A stretch of 25,220 nt of DNA, from assembly GCA_963977445.1 (NCBI GenBank), contig CAXBPH010000084.1, positions 1 through 25,220 on the forward strand, written 5' to 3'. The stretch comes from an uncultured bacterium (GTDB lineage Bacteria > Hydrogenedentota > Hydrogenedentia > Hydrogenedentales > JAEUWI01). Within the stretch, counting starts at the first letter, position 1, and each line of letters begins with the position of its first letter. The position numbers were made by a program, and so were the translations under genes. The notes beneath the pieces were generated by a model that saw nothing but the letters and a program-made list of their open reading frames with translations, ran no database searches and was not told the origin of the DNA. This document shows, piece after piece, positions 17,771 to 25,220 of this stretch.

Positions 17771-20700
17771 TTAAGGTTGTTCCCCCAGAGGTTGCGCGCT
17801 CAAAGAAAAGGTTACCTCAATATCGGAATAGAGCCCCAACTCGGCCTTGATATCTTGGAGTTGCTGGATGAGGGCGTCTAGATCGGCCGCGGAAGACATC
17901 GTAGCTGGTACGGCGACGGCGCGGGTGAACTTGACCGGGTCGGTGGTGCCGTATTTTTCCTGCTCTTCTTTCATGCGCTGCTGCTGGCGTTCCCGGCCGA
18001 GGCGTTGGATAAAGCGTTTGAGCTCTTCCAGGGTGCTGTTGACGTCGTAATCCCGGGCGAGGAGCTTCTTGAGTCCGTCGAGATCGGGGCTTGCAGTGAG
18101 GGCGAGGCCCTCCAGACGATCGACAGCGATGCCACGCTCTTCCCGGGTGAGCTCGTTCCACTCGGGGATACGCTGCAAGTCCTCGACGCCCTCCTTCAAC
18201 CGCGATTTCTGCTGGTCGGTCAGGGCGGTGACCGCATCGCGCACGCGGACCTTGAGGTGGGTGAGTTGGGATTGAAAGTCCGCGTTGTGTTTGTAGAAGT
18301 CATCTTTGGCGAGGCGGTCGGCGAGATTTTCGAGGTCTTCTCCGAGTTCGCGGCGCAGATCACCGGGGACGCCGGTGTCGGGCAGGGCCTGCAAATCGCG
18401 GCGGTGGGCCTGCAGTTCCCGCAGGGTGGTGTCGAGCCCGTTATCAAGAACGCGCTTCACTTCGAGGGCCCACTTAAGGTTTTCGTAGATGGACGAGGTT
18501 TCCGCGCCCAGGCGTTGTGGGGCGTCGGAGGCGTCGGTGGATAGGATGTCGGCGATATCCTGATTCAGCGTGCGCGCACGATCGCTGCCGGCCAGCCCGA
18601 GGCCGCCGAGCTTTTCTTCGAGGGCACCGTAGTCGTGCTGGAAACGGGGGAAATTCTTGGCGGTCGCCTTGCTGATTTCCTGCTCCAGGGGGATGACCAT
18701 TTCTCCGACGAGTTCTGTGAGCCGTTCGGCTGCGTGGCCGAGGGTTTCGAGGGAGGGCCGCTCGATACGGAGTGAGACGCCTACCTGTTTGAAGGCATTG
18801 TTGGTCTTGAGGGCGTCGATGGCCTGTTGGCCCGCTGCTGTTACTTCCCTGCCGGAGACTTTGAGCTTTATTTCGCCCGCCATGAGCATGGCGGCAAGGA
18901 TATACCGGGTGGTATCGGGCGACCACCCAAAGGGATCGCTGCTGAAGTCTTCCAGTAGGCGCTTTCCGTCTACCGCGCCGCGCTTTTCAATATAGTCGCG
19001 GATGCTGATCATAGCTTTGTGGTCGGACAGAAAAGAGGCGCGCCCGGCGACGGTCTGGACGAGGCCGAGGGGGTCGAGGTTGCTGCCAATGGCGGCGGGA
19101 TTGGCTACCTTCAGGAATTTTTCGGCCGTGTCGGTGCCCGCGCGGACGGGGGCTTCGACGTAGCGGTCAAAGACCTGGCCAGCGACATCAGCCAGCAGCT
19201 TCTTTGCGGCATCGAGTAAATCGGTGTCGAGGGCGGAGATTGCGGTAGCCTGGCCCCGGAAAACGAAGGAGCCCGCCTGGAGGGTCTGCTTGATTTTGCT
19301 TTGGAGTTGGGCCGCTATCTTCACGGCACGGTCGAGCTGGGCCGTGCAATATTCCTTCACTTCCTGGTCGGGATCGTTTCGGTGGAGCTCGGCGATACGC
19401 TTGCAGCGGTAGATCTCACTGGCGAGGTCGTCGGCCTCGGGATTGGTGCGGGCGAGAAGTCCGATACTGTTGCGGCCCGACCGGCTTCGGGAGTCGTCGA
19501 GCATGCGATTGCGCGCGGCGTCATAGTCGCTGGGAGCAACCAGTTCGACGATGGACTGGATGGGGTTCTGATCGCCTGCGAGGCTGGTCAGGGCGCTGCC
19601 CGTTTGCACTTTCAGGCCCGTGGCGACGGCCATGGTGCCGTGGAGGCTGACGCGGGGCAGGGGGTCGAAGCATTCGCGCAGGGCGTCATTGAAGATGCGC
19701 TTCACATCGACGGTGCGCAAGGCGATGGCGCCCCGCTCCTGGTCGATATCGCGCAATTTTTCGCTGAGGAAGACGAGGTTGCCGTCCTTTTCACCGAGGG
19801 GCACGTGGACATCGCTGAGCAGCTCGTCGATTATCTTGCGGATGTCATCCAGGCGAGAGGCTGCGGTGATGGACGGGTGCATCAGATTGGCAACGTTTTG
19901 TGTGGTGACAGGTAGATTGCCGAGAATCTGGAGCACGGCAATACACTTGGCGACATCCTGGTGGATGGGGGAATCGGGGAACCGAATCTGGACCTTGCCG
20001 ACGGCCTGGTGGGCGGAAGTAAAGGACCGCCGAATATCCTTCTCCAGTTCGTCGTAGAGGGTGACCGTGGTGGCGAGCCAGCCTACGGGCTGGTCGGCCA
20101 TGGCTTTGGCACCGCCTTCGCCCTTGAGCACGTCCTGAATGACCTTGATAGCGGAGCGCAGCCCGATGCCGCCGGTGGATTTGGCCAAAGCACCCAGCAG
20201 GTGGAGCAGGATATCGAAGTGGGCCGGGAGGAAAGGGTAGAGGTTGATGAAACTCTCGCGGCTGAAGTCGGCGTCGTAGTACTTGGCATCCTGAAGCTTG
20301 GTGTTGTGCCGCAGGGCCTGACCGTGGTCGTCGAAAAGCTTGCCCAGCTCGGTTTCGCCCGCAGGGGACTTGCCCAGGAGTCGCCGGTAGCAGATTTCCT
20401 TGATGTCGCTCGACTCCAGATCGATCTGGATGGGGAACCGGTCCTTCAGCTTGTAGAGCTTGTCGGAATTGAGGGCCGCCCGGGGATCGTCTTCGGTGAG
20501 GGTCTGTTGGGCGGTGGAAATAATCCAGGCCTTGCCGTCGCCTAGGCGTTTGAGGTTTTTGGCCAGGCCATCGAGGTTGAGGATAAGACCTTCCCGGGAG
20601 GTGAGGTACTGCCCGACTTCGTCGATGACAAAAATGATGTTCTGCTTGCCGCTCTTTTCACGAACAATGTCGAGCATTTCCTGGACCCGCTGATCCTCGA

Positions 20701-21412
20701 ATTGGAAGAAGTCGTCGGTGCTGGAGGAGAAGGATTTGGCTTCCGGAAAGAGGGCGGGGTACATTTCGTGGGCAATTTTGGGGATCAGCCCGTCGATGGC
20801 CAGGGGATTGTTCTGGACGCGGGCCCAATTGGCGCCGGGCAGGGCTCGGGCGACGTGCTCGTGGAGCTCGGCCGTGCGCCCGTCTTTTTCCACCATGCGC
20901 TCGAAGGCCGCGACTTTCAGATTTCTGGAATAGCCTGCCCACTGAAGCACCTTGAAATAGAGTACCGTGGAGATGTCCTCCATCGAGGCACCGGTGAGCA
21001 TTTCACTGGCCAGGTCGAGCATTACTACTGCGGCCGGAAATCGCTGGGCGACGGTGGACAAGAGGGCCTTGGTTTGGGGCTTGTGGAGGCGATCTTGCAG
21101 ATACTTGAGAAAGGGAGTGCCATTAATAGTTCGCTCGCCGTCGAAAGCCAGACCGAGGTATTTGGTGAAGGAACTCTTACCTGACCCGTAGAAGCCGGAG
21201 ACCCATACGCCGATCTCGTTTTCACCGCCCGTTTCCATGGCCAGTTGCATACGGTCCAGGAGCTTGCGGAACTGCTCCTCAATACTTTCTGTGACTATAT
21301 ACTCCGCAATTTCAGACTTGATGCGGTCTTCCTGGGAAGTGCCGTAGGTAATTACCTTTTCGATGGTCCGGTAGATGTCTCTGCTTGGGTCGAAGAGTGA
21401 TCGGATCGTCAT
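17771..21412 (-). CDS. brxC: BREX P-loop ATPase BrxC
   Basis: VWVSGFYGSGKS Walker A; IIFVIDEVGQY Walker B; YPFLP; PFGWSPD; 1213 aa. Confidence 0.93.
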   Translation of the reverse strand: MTIRSLFDPSRDIYRTIEKVITYGTSQEDRIKSEIAEYIVTESIEEQFRKLLDRMQLAMETGGENEIGVWVSGFYGSGKSSFTKYLGLAFDGERTINGTPFLKYLQDRLHKPQTKALLSTVAQRFPAAVVMLDLASEMLTGASMEDISTVLYFKVLQWAGYSRNLKVAAFERMVEKDGRTAELHEHVARALPGANWARVQNNPLAIDGLIPKIAHEMYPALFPEAKSFSSSTDDFFQFEDQRVQEMLDIVREKSGKQNIIFVIDEVGQYLTSREGLILNLDGLAKNLKRLGDGKAWIISTAQQTLTEDDPRAALNSDKLYKLKDRFPIQIDLESSDIKEICYRRLLGKSPAGETELGKLFDDHGQALRHNTKLQDAKYYDADFSRESFINLYPFLPAHFDILLHLLGALAKSTGGIGLRSAIKVIQDVLKGEGGAKAMADQPVGWLATTVTLYDELEKDIRRSFTSAHQAVGKVQIRFPDSPIHQDVAKCIAVLQILGNLPVTTQNVANLMHPSITAASRLDDIRKIIDELLSDVHVPLGEKDGNLVFLSEKLRDIDQERGAIALRTVDVKRIFNDALRECFDPLPRVSLHGTMAVATGLKVQTGSALTSLAGDQNPIQSIVELVAPSDYDAARNRMLDDSRSRSGRNSIGLLARTNPEADDLASEIYRCKRIAELHRNDPDQEVKEYCTAQLDRAVKIAAQLQSKIKQTLQAGSFVFRGQATAISALDTDLLDAAKKLLADVAGQVFDRYVEAPVRAGTDTAEKFLKVANPAAIGSNLDPLGLVQTVAGRASFLSDHKAMISIRDYIEKRGAVDGKRLLEDFSSDPFGWSPDTTRYILAAMLMAGEIKLKVSGREVTAAGQQAIDALKTNNAFKQVGVSLRIERPSLETLGHAAERLTELVGEMVIPLEQEISKATAKNFPRFQHDYGALEEKLGGLGLAGSDRARTLNQDIADILSTDASDAPQRLGAETSSIYENLKWALEVKRVLDNGLDTTLRELQAHRRDLQALPDTGVPGDLRRELGEDLENLADRLAKDDFYKHNADFQSQLTHLKVRVRDAVTALTDQQKSRLKEGVEDLQRIPEWNELTREERGIAVDRLEGLALTASPDLDGLKKLLARDYDVNSTLEELKRFIQRLGRERQQQRMKEEQEKYGTTDPVKFTRAVAVPATMSSAADLDALIQQLQDIKAELGLYSDIEVTFSLSAQPLGEQP

Positions 21413-21439
21413 AGTTTTTTACCAATTACCTTTACAGGG

Positions 21440-22018
21440 TCAACCGCCGACATGTACGGAACGATAGTTGCCGTCTTCCGGATAGAAGCCGAGGTATTTC
21501 AGGCGCGTTTTTCCGGTGCGGACACCGGGATAGAGAAAAATTGTAGGTACGTGAAACTTACCCTGGAGTTGGCTCTCGATCGCCCCGATACGTAGGAAGG
21601 GATGGAGTGCTTCAAGGTCGGTAACCAGTAACAAGGCATTGGGTTGGCCTTCCAGAGGTAGGAGGGTATCTCCTAAGCGTTCCAGCAACCGATTATCCGT
21701 AGTCAGAATGTCGGCCAGGGCTTTGTTGGTGCGCGCCCAATCGAGGGGTGCGGATTTGTCTTCCATGACGCAGAGCGACCAGAAGGGGTCTTCCCTAAGC
21801 AAGGCCCAGACCTGTTCAGCGATGGAGAAGGTGTGTACATCCCAGCCTTCCTGATGGAGTTTGGAAATCCATGCGGGTGTCTGTCGCTTGACCTCCAGGA
21901 TCTGTGCGGGGGGAAAAACCAGGTAGTAGATCGGCTCGAAACTCGCATGACCGAGCTCGCGCCCGTGTCGGATTCGTTCGCGCAATTCATCGAAATCAGC
22001 CTTGATTGAGGACATCAC
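21440..22018 (-). CDS. brxB: BREX BrxB (DUF1788)
   Basis: PIYYLVFPP, LEALHPFLR, PTIFLYPG and DGNYRS motifs; located between brxA and brxC. Confidence 0.88.
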   Translation of the reverse strand: MMSSIKADFDELRERIRHGRELGHASFEPIYYLVFPPAQILEVKRQTPAWISKLHQEGWDVHTFSIAEQVWALLREDPFWSLCVMEDKSAPLDWARTNKALADILTTDNRLLERLGDTLLPLEGQPNALLLVTDLEALHPFLRIGAIESQLQGKFHVPTIFLYPGVRTGKTRLKYLGFYPEDGNYRSVHVGG

Positions 22019-22784
22019 AAAGGGCCTCCATGGTGGGTAGCTTCCAACTGATTCGGATCACATCTCCGGCTGCCTGGACAATTAAGAATCCTTTGAGGGA
22101 AAGTCGTTTAATCTCTTCCAGGGCATCGTTCCGATCCAGACCGAACAATTGCCAGTCGTCATGGGCTAGAAGGGCGTTATCGCCGATACCGGCGAAGTGA
22201 AGGTCGTAGGCAAGATATGCTGCTGTGGGGGCGGAGATGCGAAACGGCAGAAACTTTCGATTCGTACGTTTTCCGCCTTCCAACATACCATAGTCTGCAC
22301 AGCATCCGGTGAGGTAGCCCGCGACATTGATAACGGTATTTTCCGTCCATCGTTTCGCCGTCATCTCGTCATCGATTCCACGCTCGACGAAGGCCCGGGC
22401 CTCTCGGTTAGAGATCTCTGTGTGGCCCCCGGCGTACCAAGGCCAGTAGACTTGTCGGATGAAATCTGCCAGGATCGGATGAGCTCGGCTGGTGTAGAGA
22501 AGCATGAGCTGGGTAAGGTCGGAAGTGGATAGCGCTGGGGCAAGTAATTTCAGATTGGCCGCAGGGGCTCCTCCGGAAACCAAGTATCGGGGCGCAAAAC
22601 ACTCTGCTACGATATTTCGCAATCGGCGCGCAGTCACGGTGGGAAACCGGCCTGATTCGAGGGCCACTTGGTGCAATTTAGATGTGGACATGCCCGGTGT
22701 CCAAAGATCAAGTAACGTTTTCGTCTCGCTTACAAGGCCCAGACCGGCGGCGAGCTGAATCGTATATGGTTTGTCTTCGGCCAC
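21996..22784 (-). CDS. brxA: BREX BrxA (DUF1819)
   Basis: ARRLRNIVAECFAPRY, LADFIRQVYW and W-TENT...YLTGCCADYGML motifs; GTG start; operon position. Confidence 0.85.
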   Translation of the reverse strand: MAEDKPYTIQLAAGLGLVSETKTLLDLWTPGMSTSKLHQVALESGRFPTVTARRLRNIVAECFAPRYLVSGGAPAANLKLLAPALSTSDLTQLMLLYTSRAHPILADFIRQVYWPWYAGGHTEISNREARAFVERGIDDEMTAKRWTENTVINVAGYLTGCCADYGMLEGGKRTNRKFLPFRISAPTAAYLAYDLHFAGIGDNALLAHDDWQLFGLDRNDALEEIKRLSLKGFLIVQAAGDVIRISWKLPTMEALCDVLNQG

Positions 22785-22786
22785 CG

Positions 22787-23287
22787 TTAGCCCACCAGGT
22801 ACGGATAGGACTTGGTATTTTGAGAGAAAGCCGAATGGTAATTTCCCGCGATTACCGTCAGCACAGTGGCGAAATCGATCCCCGCCATGTTCCCCACTAC
22901 AGTTGGTCCCACGGTGGCGGGCACACTTGCGCCAGCCATAGACTTCAATGCGGCCAGGGCCGACTCTCTACCTTGGAGCGCTTCCCCACCGAATTTTTCG
23001 CCCCCGCTACTCTGAACCATAGCGTGCAGGTCCTGTTCCAGCTCCTCTGGTAAACGGAACAGGTGGTAGCTGCCCGTGCTCAGGTGTTCATCGTGAAGCC
23101 GACGGGCCGCCTCTATGACGCCATGATATTGAGCTACTTGGGATGTCTTGGAGAAAACCGGCTCGAGAAAGAGGCGGCTGGAGGGCTCATAGAAGGACGT
23201 GGACCACCACGCGTATTGAGCGCTCTCTCCCAGGTAGCCAACCACGATTCGCAGCCTCAAAATGGCGCGTTTCACTTCGTCGTTCAC
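22787..23287 (-). CDS. brxE: BrxE family protein
   Basis: LRLRIVVGYLGE, WWSTSF, YHLFRLPEELE and C-terminal YPYL. Likely GTG start at 23287 with GGGAGG RBS 5 nt upstream; the ORF track start is 23332. Confidence 0.82.
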   Translation of the reverse strand: MNDEVKRAILRLRIVVGYLGESAQYAWWSTSFYEPSSRLFLEPVFSKTSQVAQYHGVIEAARRLHDEHLSTGSYHLFRLPEELEQDLHAMVQSSGGEKFGGEALQGRESALAALKSMAGASVPATVGPTVVGNMAGIDFATVLTVIAGNYHSAFSQNTKSYPYLVG

Positions 23288-23458
23288 CAGTGCCTCCCTT
23301 TTCAATAATACCGTAGAATCCGGGCCAAACATGCTTCCCGGAATTCCTCTTGCGGACTACCTGGCCGCGCTGCGCTGTTTCGGATGATTTACTCTTCCGA
23401 ATTGTATCCTCGCTAATTTGGGTCTATTGCGAACTTCCGATCGATGTCCGCGTCCTCC

Positions 23459-23482
23459 AGTGACCCGTATAAAACGGTCACT
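23459..23482. promoter_or_regulatory. Operator-like imperfect palindrome upstream of the BREX operon
   Basis: AGTGACC(C)GT-ATAAA-ACGGTCACT in the lower-GC intergenic region ~170 nt upstream of brxE. Confidence 0.35.
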
Positions 23483-23761
23483 AATCGTACCTTTATCAGA
23501 TGCGTGGAAACAAGGTAAAGAGAAGGGGTAGGGTGTAAATAGGTACATCGATGGTTCACTTTTCGGGCCACTCCCCAGCGTGCCACGGCGAAATGGGATC
23601 GTGGTGGACATCGACCAACGAGGTGATCGTGGCGTACAAGGCAATTCTGGAGGCTCTTTTCGACGTTGCTATGGGAAAAATAACCGAATTAGATCTTCTG
23701 GGCCATCGCAGACGACTAATTCGGGCTTATGTGGCCACCATAAGGACCCATACCGACGATT

Positions 23762-24736
23762 TCAGATAGCAATTCGCTCAATTTCATCCAAGGTGATGGC
23801 GTCGCCCGTGCGGTCGTAGAGCTTGGTGGTCCGGGCGGACTCGTGGGCGGCGATGGCCTGGGCGGCTTCCAGGGTGCCGCCGTTTTCCAGGTAGGCGGTA
23901 ATGCCGGTTGCGCGGAAGGTGTGGCAACAAATCTGATCCGTGATACCGGCGTCTTTCGCACGACGTTTCACCATGCGGAAAACGTCCGTGCGTGTCATGG
24001 TATTTGTGGTAAGGACCTGGGTTTTGCCCAACGTGGTGCGGAAGAGGGGACTCTTCCGGTCCTGGGCGAGGCTGGCCGCCTCGATGTACTGGTCCAGATA
24101 GACTTCCAGATTGTGGTGCGCCGGAACCTCGTGGAACTTGCCGCCCTTCTCGTGAAGGCGAATCCACCAGCGCTTCCCGTTCTGGTAATAGTCGCCAACC
24201 TTCATGCCGACCACGGCGCCCACCCGGGCGAAGGTAAAGACCATGGTACCGATGAGCGCCCGATCCCGGAGACCCACAACGTGGGACACGTCGATACTAT
24301 CCAGCAGGCGACGGGCGTCCGCCGAGGAGAGGACTGGAGTCTTGCCGCGTTTCACGACATACCTGGGTCCCCGGACGGACGCTGCCGGGTTCACGGGGAT
24401 GACCTGACCGATCACGAGCCAGTCGAAGAGCATCCGGATCGCGGCCAGGTGCTGCTTGATGGTGGGGGAGGAGCCGGGGTGTTGCTCAATATAGGCGGCG
24501 ACCATGACGGGCTCCAGTTTTTCGAGCACCAGACCCCGGACTTCGCACCAGAGGCAGAAGTCGGCGACCGCCCGGGCGTAGGCGGCGCGAGTATTCGCAT
24601 TCCGGATGTTGGCGGTAAAGAATTCGATGAAGCGCCGGGAGGCCTTCTCTCCCGAGGCCGCCACCAGAGCGGGTACGGAAAAACCGCTGTGGCCGGTCGC
24701 CAATCCCTTTGTTTGAACCACCAATTCCGTGCCCAT
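23762..24736 (-). CDS. Tyrosine recombinase (XerC/D-like integrase/resolvase), 324 aa
   Basis: Catalytic residues R (TFARV), K (EKGGK), HxxR (CHTFRAT), H (AAHES) and Y (TKLYD). GGAGGG RBS upstream. Confidence 0.93.
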   Translation of the reverse strand: MGTELVVQTKGLATGHSGFSVPALVAASGEKASRRFIEFFTANIRNANTRAAYARAVADFCLWCEVRGLVLEKLEPVMVAAYIEQHPGSSPTIKQHLAAIRMLFDWLVIGQVIPVNPAASVRGPRYVVKRGKTPVLSSADARRLLDSIDVSHVVGLRDRALIGTMVFTFARVGAVVGMKVGDYYQNGKRWWIRLHEKGGKFHEVPAHHNLEVYLDQYIEAASLAQDRKSPLFRTTLGKTQVLTTNTMTRTDVFRMVKRRAKDAGITDQICCHTFRATGITAYLENGGTLEAAQAIAAHESARTTKLYDRTGDAITLDEIERIAI

Positions 24737-24763
24737 ATCCGACCCTCCGCTGGAATGCTTTTA

Positions 24764-24791
24764 GCGTATCATAACGTCCTTTATGTTACAT
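24764..24791. promoter_or_regulatory. dif-like 11-6-11 recombination site upstream of the recombinase
   Basis: GCGTATCATAA-CGTCCT-TTATGTTACAT compared with E. coli dif GGTGCGCATAA-TGTATA-TTATGTTAAAT; the right arm matches 10/11. Confidence 0.7.
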
Positions 24792-24840
24792 TAAATTGAC
24801 TATGATAAGAAGCGAAAAAATTTTGCATTATGGCAATATT

Positions 24841-24921
24841 GATTACCTTATCGTACGCATCCATGGTTGTCGTACGATTGAGGTTATAAACCACAGATGA
24901 CCTCGGTACGATTCGGTAATC
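24841..24921. repeat. Inverted and direct repeat cluster with GTACGAT core
   Basis: 24841-24856 and 24906-24921 form a 14/16 inverted repeat. GTACGATT also occurs at 24872-24879. Confidence 0.55.
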
Positions 24922-25023
24922 TGTGCCAGCCATGACGCCACAAAAATTTTGTGGTCCAGCAGGATCGTTTCTTTTGGAAAGGCCCTCCGGCCCGACATTC
25001 GTTCGTGACGGAGCGCTCTCGAT

Positions 25024-25220
25024 CTAACGACTTTCGCTTTCGGAAAAGCCCAGCATGGTCAGCAGCGCTATACCAATTAGAAACAGATCGCTAAGGGTTT
25101 TTCCGAGATCTTGCATTGCACCGGCCTTGCTCATGAAACAGCCACCCTCGCCTTCACCTTCGCCTTCACCTTCGCCTTCACCCTCGCCTTCACCCTCGCC
25201 TTCACCCTCGCCTTCACCCT
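25024..25220 (-). CDS. 3' end of a surface/secreted protein with (GE)n linker and C-terminal membrane anchor (partial)
   Basis: Minus strand reads ...GEGEGEGEGEGGCFMSKAGAMQDLGKTLSDLFLIGIALLTMLGFSESESR*, with TAG at 25026-25024. The frame is open to the window edge. Confidence 0.75.
   Translation of the reverse strand, partial: GEGEGEGEGEGEGEGEGEGEGEGEGGCFMSKAGAMQDLGKTLSDLFLIGIALLTMLGFSESESR
25145..25220 (-). repeat. Coding tandem repeat (CCYTCGCCTTCA)n encoding Gly-Glu
   Basis: About six 12-nt units with synonymous variation, running off the window edge. Confidence 0.9.

Larger units (their letters stand above)
55..24955. mobile_element. Putative integrative defence island (recombinase, BREX, ArdC, hypothetical protein, structured RNA); boundaries uncertain
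   Basis: Tyrosine recombinase with dif-like site at one end, ArdC with ssDNA-type hairpin near the other, and defence cargo between. No att direct repeats were identified. Confidence 0.45.

Noticed and set aside
44..23727. 9-bp direct repeat ATTCGGGCT (44-52 and 23719-23727) as att sites
   Set aside because: Short enough to arise by chance, the left copy is part of the probable IS end, and it would exclude the recombinase.
23357..23819. Small ORFs between brxE and the recombinase as a BrxR regulator or pseudogene
   Set aside because: No HTH/WYL features or other recognisable motifs.
25145..25220. CRISPR array or non-coding satellite
   Set aside because: No spacers; the variation is synonymous within a Gly-Glu reading frame.

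Overview
The window holds a probable integrative defence island in a GC-rich bacterium. The (GE)n-repeat surface protein at the right edge suggests Ca. Hydrogenedentes or a similar host (inference). The minus strand carries a tyrosine recombinase with a dif-like site upstream, followed by a complete type 1-like BREX operon: brxE-brxA-brxB-brxC-[SF1 helicase]-pglX-[putative PD-(D/E)xK protein]-[DUF262/GmrSD-like nuclease]-pglZ-brxL. The BrxL here ends in a MIT_C/PLD-like domain rather than a Lon protease domain. After the operon comes an ArdC-like anti-restriction gene whose RBS lies in a ~150-nt hairpin. The most striking unexplained feature is ~93-1191 on the + strand: about 1.1 kb with no credible ORF but dense nested helices, eight GNRA-capped hairpins and a 5'/3' closing helix. 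It looks like a very large structured ncRNA, and it sits directly upstream of a basic 227-aa hypothetical protein. All pairings were found by eye; no folding or database search was run.
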